Shown here: piece after piece, positions 59,106 through 64,000 of the stretch
How positions within the stretch are numbered: position 1 is the first letter of the stretch
How the letters are laid out: each line of letters starts with the position of its first letter
Assembly (NCBI GenBank): GCA_963675745.2
Contig: CAXXWX010000019.1
Location: 320,001 to 384,000, forward strand
Direction of reading: 5' to 3'
Source of the DNA: Phycisphaerae bacterium
GTDB lineage: Bacteria > Planctomycetota > Phycisphaerae > UBA1845 > Fen-1342
DNA: 64,000 nucleotides
Notes under the pieces: model-generated
The model's database searches: none
Told to the model about the DNA's origin: nothing
The model's input: only the letters and a program-made list of their open reading frames with translations
Made by a program: the position numbers and the translations under genes

Positions 59106-62003
59106 TCAATATCCGCCGCTGGTGCTTCCCAGTGTCGGGAACGCCTCGAGTTCAGCCTCCTCGGGGATAATGATGCTGACCTTCAGCAGGACAAAGACGG
59201 TCTGGGTGTCCTTGACCGTGGTGGTGTTTGTGAAAGCCCGCTTGAGGATCGGGATCTTGCTGAGAATCGGCACGCCGGCCTCGATTTCAGCCTCACCGAC
59301 GCGCTTGATGCCGCCGAGCAGCACGGTGCCGCCGTCGGGGATTGAGGCGACGGTCTGAATGATGTTCTGGTCCTGCTCGTACTTCTCAACCGTCAGGCCC
59401 GGGCTGTTACCGCTGGCCCGCTGCACGGTGAACGGCGTGATGATCGGCTCGCCGTTGTTCTCAATTCGGATTCGTGTTCTGACATACTGGCGGTTGGGCG
59501 TGATCTCGACGTTCGTCAGACGCATCGTCACGCCTTGTTCGGGTTCGGTACCTTCGCCCGGTGCGGCGATACCGGTGTTCTCGCCTACCTGGCCCTGAAG
59601 GTTGCCGATGGTTTGGAACTGGCGGACAATCCGAATCTCGCCTGACTCGAGGTTGGCCACCACCAGTCGCGGTGCCTGAACCACGCTCGAGCGCCGGTTG
59701 GCCTGCGTGGCGCGAATCAGGAAGTCAACCTGGAGATTGTCGAGGAACGAGCCGGCGATACTCAACGCCGGCAACTGCAATTCGTTGAGCGAGCCGGGCA
59801 CACCGGTTACCAGGCCGGCGGGGTTCACCAGGTCCAGCGAACTCTGCTGGATCGGAACCGGCGTCATGCGACTGTACGACGGCCCGATGCCGCCCGACGT
59901 TGGCACAAACGCCGCGTTTCCATATGGCTGGGCCGGCACGGCGCCCTGGGCGAACGCGGTCCCGAGGTTGGGTACGCTGGGATAAAACCCGGCCTGTGCG
60001 GATCGCCGGTCCACCAATACCGGGGCCTGTGTGAAGGCATCTCGAATCTGGCCACCGTCCGCGGAGAACGCCTGATCGATGCCGGCGGTGCCGGAATTGA
60101 ATACGAAGTCGAGATCCACCCCAATCTGCTCGAGGAAATTCGACGTGATGGTCAGGAAGCGCGCTTCAAAAGCCGCCTGATCCGGGCCGGCGCCGCCGGT
60201 ACCGAGGTTGCGCACCGCGTCATCGACCAGTTTGTGACCTTCGTAGGTCTGTGTCACGACCACGTTTCCGGGCGGGCTGGCCGTAATCCCGACCGTGGCC
60301 GGCTCTTCCCAGATGCCCGGCGTGTAACTTTCAATCTGCGGTATGACCGCCTCCTCGATGCGGTCGCGAATCTCCTCCCAGTCTTCGTCTTCCTGCTGCG
60401 AACTACCGCCCCCGGTGCCCTCGTCCAGCCTGGTCGCGTCGCGCGGGATAATGTGCTGAACCTCATAGCTGCGGCCGTAAGCCGTCAGCTCCTCGCGTGG
60501 CTTGATCTCAACGTATCCCGGTGACATGTCGAGCGCGAGATCAACATCCAACCCGCCCGCCTGGTCGACGATTTCCTCGAGCACCTCCAGCAGGGTGGTG
60601 TTCTGCATGTCGATTGTGATCAGGGTTGCCAGATCGACGCCGTAGTTTTCGAGCAGAATCGGGTCAATGCGGATATCGACGTCATAGCGTTCGCGCAGAA
60701 TGTCGACGATCTCCTCGAGCGTCAGCTCCTCGAAGTTAATCTCGGAAACCGGGCGCTGGAGCCGGCGCTCCATTGCCACGCGTTGCTCGTGCAGATCGCC
60801 GCGGGCCGCTCGGCCGAAGTTGCCGCGTTTGCGGCTGAGCTCGACCCAGTTCTCGGGGTAGGTGATGTTGTGATCGGTGGGGATTAGATACTCGTCGGCG
60901 TCTTCGAGCGCTTGACGCGTCCGCTCACGAAAGCGATCCATCGTCTCGTTCTGTTTTGCGAAGGAGACGAAGTTTTTGTACGCGCCGAGCAGGTGGCTTG
61001 CTTCCGAATTGGTCGGATCGAGCACCAGGATCTGGCGCAGCACTTCGACGGCTTCCTCGTAGCGGTGCTCCGCCCCGAGCGTTTCCACCGTCTGGAGCAT
61101 CTGCTCGATCTTGGCCTCACGCTGTGCGGCCTGCCGGGCGCGCGTGATCCCGATATTCAGCTTGATCTGCTCGCGTTCGCGCGCCGCCTCCAGGCGCCCG
61201 GCCTCGTCGGCACGGCCCTGGACCTCAGCTTTCAAATCCTCGGCCGTGGCCTTGGCTAGCTCGTATTTGGAGGCCGGTGCGGCGTAGATCCGGGCCGCCT
61301 CGATTGTCTGCAAAGCCGCGTCCGCCAGGCGACGGGCTTCGGTGAAATCCCCCTTGTCCATCGCGGTGCGCGCCAGGGCGGCGAACTCGTTCATACGCGC
61401 CGTGGCGCGCTGCCAATAAAGCGCGTCCCGGCGCTGCATTTTCTCAATCACGGTCAGCGGGCGGGTCGGGTCTTCCGGCGGGATCTGCTCGACGGGGGTG
61501 GTCGCCGGTTGCTCGCTGGATACTGTGGCCGCCGAGGGAGATTTGCTGGCGGCCGGCTGCTTTCCGGGTTGGATGCCCGGCTGTCCCTTGGCGGCCGCCT
61601 TGCGTTTCTCGGTAATCTCGTGCTGGCGGCTTATCGCGGCTTCCTTGAGTTCGGGACTTGCGTAACGGTTATCCAGCACCTGCTGGCACAGCCTGTCCGC
61701 GTCGTCCCAGCGGCCCTCGTCGAAGGCCAGGTCGGCGGCACTCACGTCCTGCTGGGCCTGCTTGCTGGCCGGAATCGCGTCATTGACCTCCGCCAGCAGC
61801 CGACTGCGCTCGTTGCGCTCCGTGTCCGTCAGGTCATTTGTGTCGATCGCCAGCAGTGCCACCTGGGCCGCTTCGTACTGCTGGGTCTTGAACAGCTTGG
61901 CCGCCTTGTCGAGCGCATCGGATCGGGCCGCAGCGCTAGGTACCAGCAGCATTACGAGCATTAACGCACACACACCGCCCGAAAGCCGCAGTAAGTTACG
62001 CAT
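59106..62003 (-). CDS. Secretin-family outer-membrane protein (GspD/PilQ-like) with TPR-like N-terminus
   Basis: Signal peptide, FEARFL...IGVD, QAPRL and the secretin signature IPDGGTVLLGG...GVPILSKIPIL..AF. ATG 62003 after AAGGAGA. Confidence 0.9.
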   Translation of the reverse strand: MRNLLRLSGGVCALMLVMLLVPSAAARSDALDKAAKLFKTQQYEAAQVALLAIDTNDLTDTERNERSRLLAEVNDAIPASKQAQQDVSAADLAFDEGRWDDADRLCQQVLDNRYASPELKEAAISRQHEITEKRKAAAKGQPGIQPGKQPAASKSPSAATVSSEQPATTPVEQIPPEDPTRPLTVIEKMQRRDALYWQRATARMNEFAALARTAMDKGDFTEARRLADAALQTIEAARIYAAPASKYELAKATAEDLKAEVQGRADEAGRLEAAREREQIKLNIGITRARQAAQREAKIEQMLQTVETLGAEHRYEEAVEVLRQILVLDPTNSEASHLLGAYKNFVSFAKQNETMDRFRERTRQALEDADEYLIPTDHNITYPENWVELSRKRGNFGRAARGDLHEQRVAMERRLQRPVSEINFEELTLEEIVDILRERYDVDIRIDPILLENYGVDLATLITIDMQNTTLLEVLEEIVDQAGGLDVDLALDMSPGYVEIKPREELTAYGRSYEVQHIIPRDATRLDEGTGGGSSQQEDEDWEEIRDRIEEAVIPQIESYTPGIWEEPATVGITASPPGNVVVTQTYEGHKLVDDAVRNLGTGGAGPDQAAFEARFLTITSNFLEQIGVDLDFVFNSGTAGIDQAFSADGGQIRDAFTQAPVLVDRRSAQAGFYPSVPNLGTAFAQGAVPAQPYGNAAFVPTSGGIGPSYSRMTPVPIQQSSLDLVNPAGLVTGVPGSLNELQLPALSIAGSFLDNLQVDFLIRATQANRRSSVVQAPRLVVANLESGEIRIVRQFQTIGNLQGQVGENTGIAAPGEGTEPEQGVTMRLTNVEITPNRQYVRTRIRIENNGEPIITPFTVQRASGNSPGLTVEKYEQDQNIIQTVASIPDGGTVLLGGIKRVGEAEIEAGVPILSKIPILKRAFTNTTTVKDTQTVFVLLKVSIIIPEEAELEAFPTLGSTSGGY

Positions 62004-62295
62004 TGCTGATTCTCCTTGGAAATCCCTGGCCGCCTGCTGCACACTCATGGCATCTTGGCTGGTTGCGACACGGTCACACATACCCATCCCAGCCCGGTAT
62101 GCGGGGGCCTCGCCACAGCTTGTGCCGCGAGGCAACCGGGCCGGTCTCGTGTCGCCGCAATGCCAGGAAGTGTAGCCGCCCGCTACACGCGTCGCAACAG
62201 AACGTCGTCCCAAAATGCGACGCTCCAGCGTCATCGGCCGCCGGCAGCGTCAGCGCGCACCGCCGGGTGACGGTAGCTCGTCACCGCGCGGACCC

Positions 62296-63999
62296 TCATT
62301 CGCGTACGTTGATGCGGGTTATGGCGGGTTCGACGACCAGCGGGACATCGGCGCCCCGCCACTCGATGCGCGGGGGCGGAAGCGCACAAGCGCCGGCCCG
62401 CGCGGCGACCACGACAACCTCGTGAACGCAGTGGCCCGCCTCCAGGTTCGGAATGGTATAGGTGAGCTCGTCCAGTCGCCGCGTGCTAACCTCCCCCTGT
62501 GTAAGCAGTTTCTGTGGCTCGAACACGATCGAGAGCGTCGTGGCGGGCAGACGTTGCCGCCATGTGACGTCGGTGAGCCGGCCGGGGACCTCCATCTCGT
62601 CACGAATCACAATGTACTCGCCGGCGGTGGCAGGGGCGTCAGCGGGCAGTCTGAGGCGGCTGGGTTGTGGATGGTCGGGAGACTGGCCCAGCGCACCGGC
62701 CAGCTCGATTTCAGGCGATTCAATGACCCAGATGCTGCGTCGGATCACGATCGGCGTGGCGGCGGAGGGGGTGGGCGGTTTTACCTCGTCCAGCACTGTG
62801 CAGCTCGCCGCGCATACCCGCGTCTTGTCCGCCGATTCCAGCCCGGCGCGCAACTCCGCCGGACCGGCGCGCGTCGCCTCGACCGTGGCCACCAGCAGCC
62901 TGCTTTCGTTCGCGCCCAACTCGAGTGTCAACACCCCATCCTCGGCCACCAGGGCCTGCTCACCGTCGTGCCAATGGCGTGAAGCGATATCGAGATTGTC
63001 GTTGGCTTCCAGTCTGATGCGGGCGCTTGCGGGCGCGCCGGCCGAGTTCTCGACTCGGACGGCGGCCGTGATTCGGTCTCCGACCGTCAGGCGGGCCGGC
63101 AGGTGTACGCGCGCCGTCACACCAGGGCGCACGCGCGCCAGCAATTCGGCGTCGGCCGTGCGCCCGTCATCGGTCACCAGCCACGCCGTAACATGGTACG
63201 CCCCGGGCTCGTCGGGCAGGGGGATCCGGGCGGTGCCGTGGCCGGCGACAATCCGCAGTCGCACATGGCCGAGCGTTGCTCCGCTCGCCAGGGCCGCTCG
63301 CGCCGCCTCGGGGAGCGTGGGTGGGGGGGAGACGAGACCGGGAGTCGGCTCGTCAGCGCCGGTCGCGAAGGTGCCGGAGAGCGTCAGCGCGGCAGATGCG
63401 TCTTCGACAGTCTCCGCCGGCATCCCCGGCAGCCATGCGGTGGCGCTGCCGTCATCGGCGGCCGTCCAACGGAGCAGCACCGTGCCGTCGGGAGTCTCGC
63501 CGTCCGGCGTCTGACAGGATAGCTCGACGTGCAAATCCGCGCCCAAGGCGATTTCGGTGGTCGGTGTCTGGAGGCCGAGCACGGGGCGTCTGTCAGCCGC
63601 CGGAGCGATGCGTGCCCGGCACAGTATCCGCGGGCCCTCTGGTCCGAGGCCCACGGCCAAGACCGAGGCGCCCTGGGGAATCGGATCGGCGGCAGCGATC
63701 GTAACTTCCGCGGCTCCCACCACGATCCCGACATTGGTGGCGGCCAGGGGTTCGTCAGTGCGCAGCACCAGCAGTATCGGGCCCTGGTGGTCACCGGTGA
63801 GCGAGACGCGCACGCCATGCCGATCCTCAACCGTCACCGCTGTCGCCTCGATATGCAGAGGTGAGGATGTGGGCTCGGGGGCTGCCGCCACTGAGATTCG
63901 CTTGCGCACCGGCAGTCGCGTCTCGTTGTTGGCCAGCAACTCGGCCGTCAACTCGTATTCGCCGGCCGCCGGCGGGTACCAGGCGTGTGTCTGCCAGCC
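62296..63999 (-). CDS. Alpha-2-macroglobulin-like protein, C-terminal part (5' end outside the window)
   Basis: The frame stays open to the window edge. IPLPDEPGAYHVTA...LPARLTVGDRI...VRVEN and a terminal ARAGACALPPPRIE resemble bacterial A2M MG domains. Confidence 0.6.
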   Translation of the reverse strand, partial: GWQTHAWYPPAAGEYELTAELLANNETRLPVRKRISVAAAPEPTSSPLHIEATAVTVEDRHGVRVSLTGDHQGPILLVLRTDEPLAATNVGIVVGAAEVTIAAADPIPQGASVLAVGLGPEGPRILCRARIAPAADRRPVLGLQTPTTEIALGADLHVELSCQTPDGETPDGTVLLRWTAADDGSATAWLPGMPAETVEDASAALTLSGTFATGADEPTPGLVSPPPTLPEAARAALASGATLGHVRLRIVAGHGTARIPLPDEPGAYHVTAWLVTDDGRTADAELLARVRPGVTARVHLPARLTVGDRITAAVRVENSAGAPASARIRLEANDNLDIASRHWHDGEQALVAEDGVLTLELGANESRLLVATVEATRAGPAELRAGLESADKTRVCAASCTVLDEVKPPTPSAATPIVIRRSIWVIESPEIELAGALGQSPDHPQPSRLRLPADAPATAGEYIVIRDEMEVPGRLTDVTWRQRLPATTLSIVFEPQKLLTQGEVSTRRLDELTYTIPNLEAGHCVHEVVVVAARAGACALPPPRIEWRGADVPLVVEPAITRINVRE

Positions 64000-64000
64000 C

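Overview
High-GC bacterial DNA, densely coding. Gene content (dockerin-tailed secreted proteins, ECF sigma/Ser-Thr kinase pair, CxxC zinc-ribbon protein, planctomycete-style secretin, YdjY-like protein) suggests a Planctomycetota (Phycisphaerae-like) genome; this is inference. I saw no rRNA, tRNA, CRISPR array, integrase or transposase. The most distinctive element is a minus-strand orphan T6SS/contractile-spike cassette at ~15.9-5.5 kb. It runs vgrG (unusual ~100-aa insertion, C-terminal transthyretin-like domain), a LysM/peptidoglycan-binding protein, a very acidic protein, a very basic 715-aa candidate effector, PAAR, and then an ECF43-type sigma factor with its TPR Ser/Thr kinase. No sheath, Hcp or baseplate genes lie in the window. 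Other notable loci are an EctR-like regulator/methyltransferase/osmoprotectant ABC operon, a YhaO/YhaN nuclease-ATPase pair, an MtaA/UroD-like enzyme fused to a thioredoxin-like domain next to a CobW-type GTPase, a lipoprotein serpin, and an alpha-2-macroglobulin-like/secretin/YdjY-ExbD-like cluster at the right end. REP-like palindromes and a nested tandem repeat occur in intergenic regions. All calls come from reading motifs by eye; no database searches were run.
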